Program-made: the position numbers and the translations under genes
Virus record (IMG/VR): IMGVR_UViG_3300008117_000010
Coordinates: 1-64,000 of that record
DNA: 64,000 nt
Origin: a virus
Reading direction: 5' to 3' (one strand)
Notes under the pieces: generated by a model
What the model saw: the letters and a program-made list of their open reading frames with translations, nothing else
Database searches by the model: none
What the model was told of the DNA's origin: nothing
In this document: in pieces, positions 35,913 through 45,805 of the stretch
How the letters are laid out: the number at the start of each line of letters is the position of its first letter
Position numbering within the stretch: position 1 is the first letter of the stretch

Positions 35913-37376
35913 ATGTTACCAATTAAAAATACAAATGATCAATCAGGATGTAATCCTGTATCATCCAACTGCGTAATATGGCAAGGACCAGATATTCCTT
36001 GTATTCAATTATGTCATGGAGATTCTATAAGTGATGTTACGGCAAAACTAGCGACAGAGTTATGTGAAGTATTAAATCTTCTTGATTTAACACAATATGA
36101 TATTTCATGTTTTAGTCCTGTTTGTCCAGCATTTACAGATTTTAGCGATCTAGTTCAATTCATAATAAATAAATTATGTGAATTAGAAGCATGCTGTAAT
36201 CAACAACCAGCAACTCCTCCAGGATGTCCTGATTGCATTTTAAATATTGCAACATGTTTTCAATATATAAATGAATTGGGTGATAAAATCACCACAATGC
36301 AACTTGATGATTATGTTACTGCTATTGGTAATAAAGTATGTACATTAGAAGCAGCTTTAACTGCATTACAAGCAACTGTTGCAAATCATGAAGCGCGTAT
36401 TACATATATTGAAAATAACTGTTGTGATAATGGAGGTGGAGGAGTATCTCTTACTATTCCAGACAGTTGTTTAGATCCTACGCTTTCAAATATTCCAATA
36501 GATGATTTTGTTGAAGATTTAGAATTTGCATTTTGTCAATTACAGAATGCAACAGGAACTCCTTCTGTAATACAGTCAAATATAACTCCCGATTGTTTTC
36601 CACCTTCACAAGGACAATTACCACCTGCACTAGATCCAGCAAATGCTGGTAATCCAGTAGATGGATTTGCTTTTGCAAATTTTGCTACTATGGCAGGATC
36701 ACTTGGAAATGCTTGGGCAATGATATGTGATTTATATTTAGCAGTTCAAGATATTAAAAATAATTGCTGTAGTGTTGGTTGTAATGATATTGATTTTACA
36801 TATCAATCAGTTACATTCAATGATCCAAACATATTAGTATCAACAATTGGTAATATACCAAGTGGATTTAACCAATGTGGTACTGGTTCACAAGTTACAA
36901 TAATTGATGCATACGGAACAACTGCAAATGCAACTTGGACATATGATATAACTGGAAATCCAGTATCTATACCATTACCATTAACTCTTTCAAATAGTAT
37001 TAAATATAACTTATCATTTAATGCTTGTATAACAAATGGTACTGAGACATGCTATCAGAATCATTTTCAAGTAGTTAATGGAAATATAACTTGTGCATCA
37101 TTAGCTCTTGCTATAGGTGATAACACAGATGGAACAGCTACAATTTCATTTACTATGCCTATTGCAGCAAATAATATTAATTATAATTTAACGGCAACAG
37201 CAGGTAATGGTGTTGTATTTACAACCAGTGGTTCTACACAAGGTGTTCCTATTATTTGGAATACAGGTGCTTTCTTAGGTGCTCCTGGAAATACATCCGT
37301 AACTGTAGTTTTACAGTTGGATCAAAATGGTTATGCTTTATCATGTAGTACTAATGGATTAATAACAAGAATATAA
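35913..37376 (+). CDS. Cys-rich tail fibre protein
   Basis: CNPVSSNCVIWQGPDIPC head, coiled coil LEAALTALQATVANHEARI, beta-rich end. Confidence 0.65.
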   Translation: MLPIKNTNDQSGCNPVSSNCVIWQGPDIPCIQLCHGDSISDVTAKLATELCEVLNLLDLTQYDISCFSPVCPAFTDFSDLVQFIINKLCELEACCNQQPATPPGCPDCILNIATCFQYINELGDKITTMQLDDYVTAIGNKVCTLEAALTALQATVANHEARITYIENNCCDNGGGGVSLTIPDSCLDPTLSNIPIDDFVEDLEFAFCQLQNATGTPSVIQSNITPDCFPPSQGQLPPALDPANAGNPVDGFAFANFATMAGSLGNAWAMICDLYLAVQDIKNNCCSVGCNDIDFTYQSVTFNDPNILVSTIGNIPSGFNQCGTGSQVTIIDAYGTTANATWTYDITGNPVSIPLPLTLSNSIKYNLSFNACITNGTETCYQNHFQVVNGNITCASLALAIGDNTDGTATISFTMPIAANNINYNLTATAGNGVVFTTSGSTQGVPIIWNTGAFLGAPGNTSVTVVLQLDQNGYALSCSTNGLITRI

Positions 37377-37385
37377 ATATAAATA

Positions 37386-38171
37386 ATGGCAACTTGCTCT
37401 AACTGCGGAAATACAACAATAAAATGTGGATGTAAAGATACACCGCTAACAACTCCACCATCATATACTTGTCCACCAAGTGATTCATGTCCTGATCCAA
37501 CACCGTGTTTTGAAACTATTCAAGATACTTGTGTTGTTCATAGCTTAAATTATGGATTACCATGTTTAGGTGTAGAACCAGGAATGACACTTGAAGAAAT
37601 AATTCAATTACTTAACATTGAATTAAATTCAATAAACAATACTATTCCAACTATTACTACATATGGTTTATTTGCTCAAACAGCAAATAGCACACCAGTT
37701 ACAAATACTGCTGTAGAAACTACATTAATAAATGGCGGTGTAGGAACATTAACTATTCCAGCTAATGGATTTGATGTAGGACATAGTTTTAGAGCAGTAA
37801 TGGGAGGTGTTATGAACGCAGCAAATAATCAAACTATAAGAATAAAAGTTAAAGCTGGTTCTATTATACTATTGGATAGCGGTATTCAATCTTTAACAAA
37901 CTCAATAATAAGTGATATTTGGAGTTTAAATATAGACTTTACCATAAGACAATTAGGAGCAGCGGGTGTTGCTTCACTAGTAACATTAGCAACTTTTCAT
38001 TATACAAAAACAAATAATGCTACAGTTGAAGGATTTGCTTTTAATAATGTTAATAATACCACATTTGATACAACAATTAGCAATACATTAAATATTACTG
38101 TTCAATGGGGAGCCGCTAATCCAAGTAATAGTATATATAGTGATATATTCGTTTTAAATAAAGTTTATTAA
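37386..38171 (+). CDS. Tail fibre/receptor-binding-like protein
   Basis: Cys-rich N-terminus plus beta-sandwich C-terminal domain. Confidence 0.6.
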   Translation: MATCSNCGNTTIKCGCKDTPLTTPPSYTCPPSDSCPDPTPCFETIQDTCVVHSLNYGLPCLGVEPGMTLEEIIQLLNIELNSINNTIPTITTYGLFAQTANSTPVTNTAVETTLINGGVGTLTIPANGFDVGHSFRAVMGGVMNAANNQTIRIKVKAGSIILLDSGIQSLTNSIISDIWSLNIDFTIRQLGAAGVASLVTLATFHYTKTNNATVEGFAFNNVNNTTFDTTISNTLNITVQWGAANPSNSIYSDIFVLNKVY

Positions 38172-38182
38172 AATAAAATACA

Positions 38183-38521
38183 ATGTCAGGATTATCAATA
38201 GATATATGTAGTGAAATTCCATTATATAATGAGAATTGTCTACCACCGTATGATGTTCACCCTTCTTATATAGGGACATCATCAATTATAATAACATGGA
38301 GCAATACAGGTGCTGATTCATATACTTTATATATAAGTAATGATGGCTCTACATGGACAACAACAGCTGTAACTGCTCCTTCTAGTACATTAATAAATCC
38401 AAGTCAAACAATTAGTGGATTAAGTCCAAATACTACTTACTATTTTAAAGTTAGAACTAATTGTGAAGGACCAATTAATTCAGAAAGTGCAATTATATCT
38501 ATATTAACAAAAACTAGTTAG
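38183..38521 (+). CDS. Fibronectin type III domain protein
   Basis: ITW...Y...ISGLSPNTTYYFKVRT FN3 signature. Confidence 0.8.
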   Translation: MSGLSIDICSEIPLYNENCLPPYDVHPSYIGTSSIIITWSNTGADSYTLYISNDGSTWTTTAVTAPSSTLINPSQTISGLSPNTTYYFKVRTNCEGPINSESAIISILTKTS

Positions 38522-38591
38522 TCGAGATGTTTGTTGGTTTTTTACCTTGACTACAACAAGAGAAAGCTCTGGATAAACCAGAGCTTTCTTT
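38519..38591 (+). ncRNA. Hairpin with U/G-rich loop followed by a terminator (candidate sRNA/3' UTR element)
   Basis: TAGTCGAG-[ATGTTTGTTGGTTTTTTAC]-CTTGACTA, then AGAAAGCTCTGG-ATAAA-CCAGAGCTTTCT. Confidence 0.5.
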
Positions 38592-38660
38592 GTAATTAGA
38601 AACATTTGTATTAGTTTTATTACAATAAAAAATTCCGTATCTTATAATATAAATACAATT

Positions 38661-39170
38661 ATGATCAAGTTCAAAAAACCAGATTTAAATGCACCTAGAT
38701 TTAAAAAGAAAAGAGAAAGTATTTTAAAAGATGATTTTTACAAAGAATTAAAATTAAAATATTCTAAATGTAAAGATCTAACAAAAGAAGATATAAGAAC
38801 AATAATAGAAGCATTTAATAATGAAATAGTTAATACTATTATTGAAGATCCAAATGGTTTTGAATTACCTGAAGGACTAGGATATATATTTATTGCAACA
38901 ACAAAAGTTAAAAAAAAGAAAGTTGTTGACTATAAAAACTCACATGCTTATGGTGTATTAGTTACTCATAAAAATTGGGAGACAGATGGATATGTAGGTA
39001 AAATAGTTTATACAAACTATAAAGCTAAATATAGATTTAGAAATGCACCTATATGGGGATTTACAGCTTCTAGAACATTTAGTAGAAAAATGTCTAAAGC
39101 CTTTAAAGAAAAATGGAATACATATAGAACCTTAATACCAGGAATAAAACCCTCGGTATACAAAAATTAA
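38661..39170 (+). CDS. IHF/HU-like protein of crAss-like tail modules
   Basis: GFELPEGLGYIFI and FTASRTFSR; position before the ring genes. Confidence 0.65.
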   Translation: MIKFKKPDLNAPRFKKKRESILKDDFYKELKLKYSKCKDLTKEDIRTIIEAFNNEIVNTIIEDPNGFELPEGLGYIFIATTKVKKKKVVDYKNSHAYGVLVTHKNWETDGYVGKIVYTNYKAKYRFRNAPIWGFTASRTFSRKMSKAFKEKWNTYRTLIPGIKPSVYKN

Positions 39171-39174
39171 AGTT

Positions 39175-39843
39175 ATGAATAGTATTGGTGAAATTATTTC
39201 AAGAGTAAGAGGTAGTATAAGAGCCATTGATATGGACTCTTTTATTACGGATAGATACATATATAGTCTAATAACTAAATATGCAAAACTCTATATAAAA
39301 CAAAATAGTGGACAAGGATTTAATACCAAGTTTAATAGTTTGTTTACTCGTATTCCTTGTATGAATCTAATTGAAGTAGATAAGATAGAAGCATGTTGTG
39401 ATGTTCAATCTGGTTGTAAATTAAAAAGAACTAAAGAAAAATTACCAGGAGTAATGGAAGGACCTGAGGGTCCACTATTACGTGCTGTAACATCATTAGA
39501 TGGGAGTTCTATTATATATAGAACAACTCCTCAGCTTTATAATTCAATGTCTCAAACAAGTGGATTTAAGTATAATAAAAACAAATACTATTGGATTATC
39601 AATAACTATATCTATTTAGGTAATGTGCCCTGGGATGGAATCTCTATTGAAGGAATATTTGATGGTAATCTAAATAACTTTTTATGTGATAATGAATGTG
39701 CATTTGCACAAGATCAAACATTTAATATTCCGCCAGAATTATTTTCTCAAGTTGAGCAACAAGTTGTACGTGAAATAGCTTTATCTCAACAGATAAATAT
39801 TGATATGGCACCTGCTGACAATCAAAGCCCTGTAAGACCATGA
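39175..39843 (+). CDS. Tail ring protein candidate
   Basis: YYWIINNYIY motif; crAss-like order. Confidence 0.55.
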   Translation: MNSIGEIISRVRGSIRAIDMDSFITDRYIYSLITKYAKLYIKQNSGQGFNTKFNSLFTRIPCMNLIEVDKIEACCDVQSGCKLKRTKEKLPGVMEGPEGPLLRAVTSLDGSSIIYRTTPQLYNSMSQTSGFKYNKNKYYWIINNYIYLGNVPWDGISIEGIFDGNLNNFLCDNECAFAQDQTFNIPPELFSQVEQQVVREIALSQQINIDMAPADNQSPVRP

Positions 39844-40742
39844 ATTATAATTATACACTTAAGTATAGATCTTTTGATTCTTTATTAGAAGATGTCAAAA
39901 CAGATTTAAGATCAATATCAACTGAAGGTAATATAGAACCTGCACAACTAATTAAAGTTGCAATGCGGGTTAACTATGATTTAGGACTTCGTATTTATAA
40001 GACTAAAGAAAAAATGCTTTGTGTTGAAGATGGCAGAGTACGATTACCAGATGACTTTTATGTAATGAATTATGCATTAGTCTGTGGTGAATATGAATAT
40101 TCTGTACAATTACCACAAGGTACTAATATACAAGAAGTAGTTCCTGAATATAGACCTTGGATTGATCAATTAAATTGCACTGATGAAATTAACATGGGTG
40201 AATTAACATGCTTACAAAAGTGTGGAAATAACTATGGTATAATTCAAGTAATTAATACAGAGCATAGATTTTTTAAAACCTTAATGCCTGTTCGCTTTAA
40301 AAATTCTGAGTATATAGATTGCGATTGTCCTAATCTTAGAACACATGGATTAGATGAGGCATATATAAAAGACGGATTTATTTGGACATCTTTTAAAGAT
40401 GCTAACTTATATATAAACTATCAAGGATCACTTGAAGATGATAATGGTAATCTATTAGTACCAGATCATCCTTTTCTTAATGAGTATTATGAATACGCAC
40501 TTAAAAAACGTATTCTAGAAAATGCAGTCATGGATGGTGCAAATGTAGTTCCCCAATTACAATTAGTAATGCAAGAATATAGAGGTGCTAGAAATAATGC
40601 ATTATCTGTAGTTAATACTCCCAATTTTTCTGAAATGCAAAAACTTTGGGCAGCAAATCGTAAAGCAATGTACAGTAAATATTATGATATGTTTAAGTCG
40701 TATTTCAGACCTATTGATTATAGAATTAATAACGCTGTATAA
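39840..40742 (+). CDS. Tail tubular/ring protein
   Basis: LPDDF and DDNGNLLVPD motifs; directly upstream of the muzzle gene. Confidence 0.6.
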   Translation: MNYNYTLKYRSFDSLLEDVKTDLRSISTEGNIEPAQLIKVAMRVNYDLGLRIYKTKEKMLCVEDGRVRLPDDFYVMNYALVCGEYEYSVQLPQGTNIQEVVPEYRPWIDQLNCTDEINMGELTCLQKCGNNYGIIQVINTEHRFFKTLMPVRFKNSEYIDCDCPNLRTHGLDEAYIKDGFIWTSFKDANLYINYQGSLEDDNGNLLVPDHPFLNEYYEYALKKRILENAVMDGANVVPQLQLVMQEYRGARNNALSVVNTPNFSEMQKLWAANRKAMYSKYYDMFKSYFRPIDYRINNAV

Positions 40743-40744
40743 AA

Positions 40745-43700
40745 ATGTCAGAAATAAATTCAAATACATCATCATTAGAAGCAAGAACCTTTAGTAAGGG
40801 ACTTGTTAAAGATATAAGCGATCTCTATACTCCAGATGGAGTATGGAGTCATGCAAGAAATTTAAATAATGTTAATGAAGTTAATGGTGATATTGGTACA
40901 GTAAGTAGTGAGCCCGCCAATGAATTTTGTAATCAAGCACCTTATACAATTATAGGTGCTATTAATATATATCAAGATTATTGGGTAATCTATTCTACTG
41001 ATGATGTTAATTCTGAAATAGGTTTATTTGATGAGTCAGCTTGTCAATATTATAAAATTGTTAATGATCCTTGTTTAGGTTTTAATCGTAATAATCTTAT
41101 TATTGGTCGATCAAGAGAAAATTTTGATTGTTCATATCAAGTATATTGGGCAGATGGTTTAAATCCAGATAGAACGTTAAATATTGGTGATATACGTAAT
41201 GCACCATTTGCTCAACCATGGCCTGGTGTACCATACGTATGTGTTGATCAACAAGCTGGATTAAATGAAGAATGTCAAGTATGTGAACCAATATATCCAT
41301 TACAATTAGATTGTGAAAAAATTAGATTAGCTAAACTAACTAAAACACCTTGTGTTAAAGTAGAGTTAGGTTTAGCAGGTGGTAACTTAAGAAATGGTTC
41401 TTACTTTGCTGTAATTGCTTATGCAGAAAATGGATTAAAAGCAACAAACTGGTTTGCACCTGGTAATATCCAATCGATTTTTAATCATAGTGATAATGGC
41501 GGTTCTATTCAAATTCAATTTTCTAATCTAGAAACATCTAATTATGATGAATTTATATTAGCAGTTGTTCGAGTAGTAAACAACCAACTTGAGGCAAAAC
41601 AAATTGGTATTTATAGTACAGATACATCTGTAGTTAATATAGATTATTTAGATCCTGAATTACCTACAATCAATGCGGGTGAGATTTTAATCTTACCAAT
41701 TTATTATGAAAAGTCAAACGGTATATATCAAGTCAATAATTATTTATTACGTGTAGGACCAACAAGTAGATTCGATTTTAATTACCAACCGCTTGCAAAT
41801 CAGATTGATACAGAGTGGGTAATGATTGAACAACCTGTAGATTACTATCGTAAAGGTGGTAATATGACAGGATACATGCGTGACGAACAATATGCTTTTT
41901 TCATAAGATGGGTTTATAATACAGGTGATAAGTCATCATCATATCATATTCCAGGTAGAGGTAAAGAATTAAATAGAGAAATTGATAGTAATGGAAATGA
42001 TATTCTTTATAATGCTGCTAATGGATTTAATGAATCCTCTCCTGATAATTTTGAATTAGCAGCTTCACAAGCAGTTCAAGGTTCATATCAAACACCAGCA
42101 ATATATGATGTTATAAATACAGCATATGTATTATCAAGTAATTTACCTGCAGCAAATGATCCTGTAATACCTGGTAACGTTATTGCTCGTGGTAAAATGG
42201 GTTATTGGGAATCAACAGAAATTTATCCAGATAATAAACCTGAAGTGTGGAATGCAAGTTACTGGCCTTGGTCTCAAACAAGTAGTAGCAATCATGATCT
42301 ATGTGGAAAACCTATTAGACATCATAAATTTCCAGCAGATATTTTAGATACTAGTCCTAATAGTAATGGTGCTAATGGATATTCAAGAGTTCGTATTGGA
42401 ACAACTAGTTGTAACAATAAAGAAAATCCAAAAGCTATAAGAATACTTGGTGTAAGTTTTAAAAATATTAAAGCTCCTGTTGATAATAATGGTGTTCCAA
42501 TTCCAGGTATTGTTGGTTATGAAATATTACGTAGTTCGAGAGAAGGTAACAAAACTGTTATTGCAAAAGGAATAATTAATAATGTTCGACAATATGTAAG
42601 TGCAGACGGACAAAATATTTATTTTCAAAACTATCCTTATAATGATCTTACTCCAGATCCATTTATACAAGGAACTAATAATACGCATAAAGACAAAGTT
42701 ACATTTCACTCTCCAGATACAAACTTTACCGATCCATTTTTAAATCAAAGTGAATTAAAGTTATATGGTGAACTTGGTCAATCAGATAATACATTCATGC
42801 AATTAACTGAAGTACCAGGTCACCCAAAACATAAATTAATTACTAATCTTGCTTTCTTAGTTGCTACCTTTCTTGGATATGCAATTGCTGCAAGAAACTT
42901 AAGAGGTAAAAAAGTTTATCAATTCCAAGGATATCAACCATTTAATATAGGTATTCTTGGAACACCTCCTACTAGTAGTACAACAGAACCAGCTCAAAGT
43001 ATTAATATTACTACAAGAAATACAATATATAATACTGCAAATAATATTACAAATAGTGCACTTGGAGGTAGACTTGAAAATAAAGTTCCCGTATTTTTTG
43101 CATCATTATTTAGTCCATTAGGTACTAACCAAGGTGAGAAAGCAGATGAGACAAATTTAAGTCAGGGTGGATCAGGTATTATGCAAAAAGTTCGTTCATG
43201 GACTAATGAATATTCTGATATAGATTATTTAGGTGGAACATATAGAGCAATAAGTTCTGCAATTACATTTGGTTACTATTTAACTGAAGGTGCAGATTCA
43301 ATGTTAGAACTTATAAAAAGTTTAAGTCCTTATCGTCAATATGCTTATAGATACTTATCAGTTGCACATTTACATAATCATAACTTAGGTAATGCAAAAT
43401 TCTTAAATTCTAATTCACGTAGATATATAACTGGATCAGAGTATTTAGATAGTTCATATCAGAATGTTGAAGGTCTTAGATATAATAATTTATTAAGACC
43501 AAGGACAGTTTCTTTACATTTAAATAGTGCTATACAAGATCCTAGCTTAGTTGATAATACTCGAGTTTTAATATCAAATCAATATAATAATTGGAAAGAT
43601 AGAAGTAAACCCTTTTGTAAAACAGCTAGTTGTTATTATGCAGGAATTAAAATAAGAAATAGAAATCAATATGGACAGTTACAAAATATAAAACAAATAT

Positions 43701-45805
43701 TTACAAACTGTTCTATTAATGTTCCAAATAACTTTGGAGTTAATAATCCTATAGTTCAGTCTCCAGATATATTTGGCGGTGATGTATATGTTACAAGATA
43801 TACTGAAAAGAATACATTCTTTTATTTCTATGATTGGTTATATGATCAACCTGATGGATATGAGTTTGATTATACATTAAGATATATGATTAATGAGCCA
43901 AGATTCTGGGCAAACTTTAATGCATTTGCTACAGAAGATTTTGTTCGAGGAATGATTGGAAGTATTTTATCACTTAATTTTGGTCAAATATTAAATGCTG
44001 CACCAAGTTCATTATATAAACTTGATGATTTTGATGCAATAGATTTTAGTGATTTAGCTAATCTTAATATTGGTAACTTTGTTAATTCATTAGTCAGTAA
44101 ACTAAAGTTTCTAAAGCAAAATGCATTATTCTATTTATTTAATTCAGGAGTTAGAGAATTTTTTGTTGAATCAGAATATAACTTAGATAGTCGTGATTGG
44201 GGTGAGTTAGATCAAGAACGTCATTACGATCCTTATAGATTTAGAGATCTTAATACATTATTTGATACTCCAATAATTAAGTTTGGAAACTTCTATAAAT
44301 ATGATAGGTCATTAAGTGTTGCTTACTTACCATCAAATAAATCACCATGGGGAGTTATTCAACCTAGATCATATGATCCATTAACTGCGGAAACATGCTT
44401 TACAAATTTTCCAGATAGAATTATTTATTCATTACCACAAGATCAAGAAGGTAAAAAAGATTATTGGAAAATCTTCTTAGTTAACAACTATAAAGACTTT
44501 GGAGATGTAGTTACTTCTGTTAAACCAATAAGTAAATCGGGATCAATAATATTATTCCAGTCTCAAGCACCAATAATGTTTATGGGTGTTGATGAATTAG
44601 AAACCACAGGTGGAGTAAAATTAACTATTGGAGATGGAGGATTATTTAGTCAACCATTACAGAATTTAAGTAATGCGGATCCTGCTTATCAACATGGAGC
44701 ATGTCAAAGTAGATTAAGTGTAATTAATACTCCTCTTGGATTATATTACATGAATCAAGCTCAAGGTAAAATATTCCATGTACTATCTTCAGGAATAGAT
44801 GAGATATCAGCTAGATATATGCGGTGGTGGTTTTCAACATACTTACCGTTTAAGATACTAGAAGATTTTCCAAATTTTGAATTAATAGATAATCCTGTTG
44901 TAGGTGTTGGATGTCAATCAATATATGACAATAAAGCAATTATACTTTATTTCTGTAAGAAGGATTATAAGTTAAAACCAGAATTTAAGAATAGAATTAC
45001 ATATATAACTGGTAATGACTTTTTATTAGATAACCTAAATAAAATTAAATTAGGTGATTCTAATTATTTTGACGATGCTTCTTGGACAATAAGTTTTGAT
45101 CCAAAAGAAAAGATGTGGTTATCATTCCACGATTGGCATCCCGAGTTAACATTAATTGCACGTAATAATTTATTAACTACAATTACTGCACCAACCGGTG
45201 GACAAATTTGGAGACATAATGATAGAAATGATTTATTCTGTAACTATTATGGAAAAGATTATCCGTTTGAAATAGAACAAACGTTTTCAACAGGACAAAC
45301 AGTTAATACAATAAGAAGCATTGAATATGTTCTAGAAGGTTATATCTATAATCAAGAAACAGAAGATAAGTATCATGTGCTTGATGCAAATTTTGATAGA
45401 GCAGTCGTTCATAATTCAGAACAAGTATCTGGTGTATTACGTTTAAATCTCACACCTAAAAATAATAGTGTTGATATTATTAACTATCCAGTTATTAATC
45501 CAAGTAACATAGATATATTATATTCAAAAGAAGAACAAAAATATAGATTTAATCAGTTCTGGGATATTACTGCAGATCGTGGTGAGTTTACATTTCCAAA
45601 CGTTCAAAGACCAATTTGGACAACTGCTTATAATGGTTATGTAAGAATATTAAATCCAAATAATTTGAATTATAATAAATCGCCATTTGAAAGAAAGAAG
45701 TTTCGACATTATACAAATCGCATTTTATTATATAAACAGATCTCTGGAAATGTTCAATTGATTTATAAAATTCAAAATACAAAACTTTTATATTCTCCGC
45801 GATGA
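40745..45805 (+). CDS. Tail stabilization/muzzle protein (P22 gp10-like)
   Basis: 1686 aa; FSKGLVKD start, GYMRDEQYAF and WLSFHDWHP motifs of crAss-like muzzle proteins. Confidence 0.8.
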   Translation: MSEINSNTSSLEARTFSKGLVKDISDLYTPDGVWSHARNLNNVNEVNGDIGTVSSEPANEFCNQAPYTIIGAINIYQDYWVIYSTDDVNSEIGLFDESACQYYKIVNDPCLGFNRNNLIIGRSRENFDCSYQVYWADGLNPDRTLNIGDIRNAPFAQPWPGVPYVCVDQQAGLNEECQVCEPIYPLQLDCEKIRLAKLTKTPCVKVELGLAGGNLRNGSYFAVIAYAENGLKATNWFAPGNIQSIFNHSDNGGSIQIQFSNLETSNYDEFILAVVRVVNNQLEAKQIGIYSTDTSVVNIDYLDPELPTINAGEILILPIYYEKSNGIYQVNNYLLRVGPTSRFDFNYQPLANQIDTEWVMIEQPVDYYRKGGNMTGYMRDEQYAFFIRWVYNTGDKSSSYHIPGRGKELNREIDSNGNDILYNAANGFNESSPDNFELAASQAVQGSYQTPAIYDVINTAYVLSSNLPAANDPVIPGNVIARGKMGYWESTEIYPDNKPEVWNASYWPWSQTSSSNHDLCGKPIRHHKFPADILDTSPNSNGANGYSRVRIGTTSCNNKENPKAIRILGVSFKNIKAPVDNNGVPIPGIVGYEILRSSREGNKTVIAKGIINNVRQYVSADGQNIYFQNYPYNDLTPDPFIQGTNNTHKDKVTFHSPDTNFTDPFLNQSELKLYGELGQSDNTFMQLTEVPGHPKHKLITNLAFLVATFLGYAIAARNLRGKKVYQFQGYQPFNIGILGTPPTSSTTEPAQSINITTRNTIYNTANNITNSALGGRLENKVPVFFASLFSPLGTNQGEKADETNLSQGGSGIMQKVRSWTNEYSDIDYLGGTYRAISSAITFGYYLTEGADSMLELIKSLSPYRQYAYRYLSVAHLHNHNLGNAKFLNSNSRRYITGSEYLDSSYQNVEGLRYNNLLRPRTVSLHLNSAIQDPSLVDNTRVLISNQYNNWKDRSKPFCKTASCYYAGIKIRNRNQYGQLQNIKQIFTNCSINVPNNFGVNNPIVQSPDIFGGDVYVTRYTEKNTFFYFYDWLYDQPDGYEFDYTLRYMINEPRFWANFNAFATEDFVRGMIGSILSLNFGQILNAAPSSLYKLDDFDAIDFSDLANLNIGNFVNSLVSKLKFLKQNALFYLFNSGVREFFVESEYNLDSRDWGELDQERHYDPYRFRDLNTLFDTPIIKFGNFYKYDRSLSVAYLPSNKSPWGVIQPRSYDPLTAETCFTNFPDRIIYSLPQDQEGKKDYWKIFLVNNYKDFGDVVTSVKPISKSGSIILFQSQAPIMFMGVDELETTGGVKLTIGDGGLFSQPLQNLSNADPAYQHGACQSRLSVINTPLGLYYMNQAQGKIFHVLSSGIDEISARYMRWWFSTYLPFKILEDFPNFELIDNPVVGVGCQSIYDNKAIILYFCKKDYKLKPEFKNRITYITGNDFLLDNLNKIKLGDSNYFDDASWTISFDPKEKMWLSFHDWHPELTLIARNNLLTTITAPTGGQIWRHNDRNDLFCNYYGKDYPFEIEQTFSTGQTVNTIRSIEYVLEGYIYNQETEDKYHVLDANFDRAVVHNSEQVSGVLRLNLTPKNNSVDIINYPVINPSNIDILYSKEEQKYRFNQFWDITADRGEFTFPNVQRPIWTTAYNGYVRILNPNNLNYNKSPFERKKFRHYTNRILLYKQISGNVQLIYKIQNTKLLYSPR

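Noticed and set aside
33824-38521. Diversity-generating retroelement acting on tail fibres
   Set aside because: No reverse transcriptase and no template/variable repeat pair seen in the window
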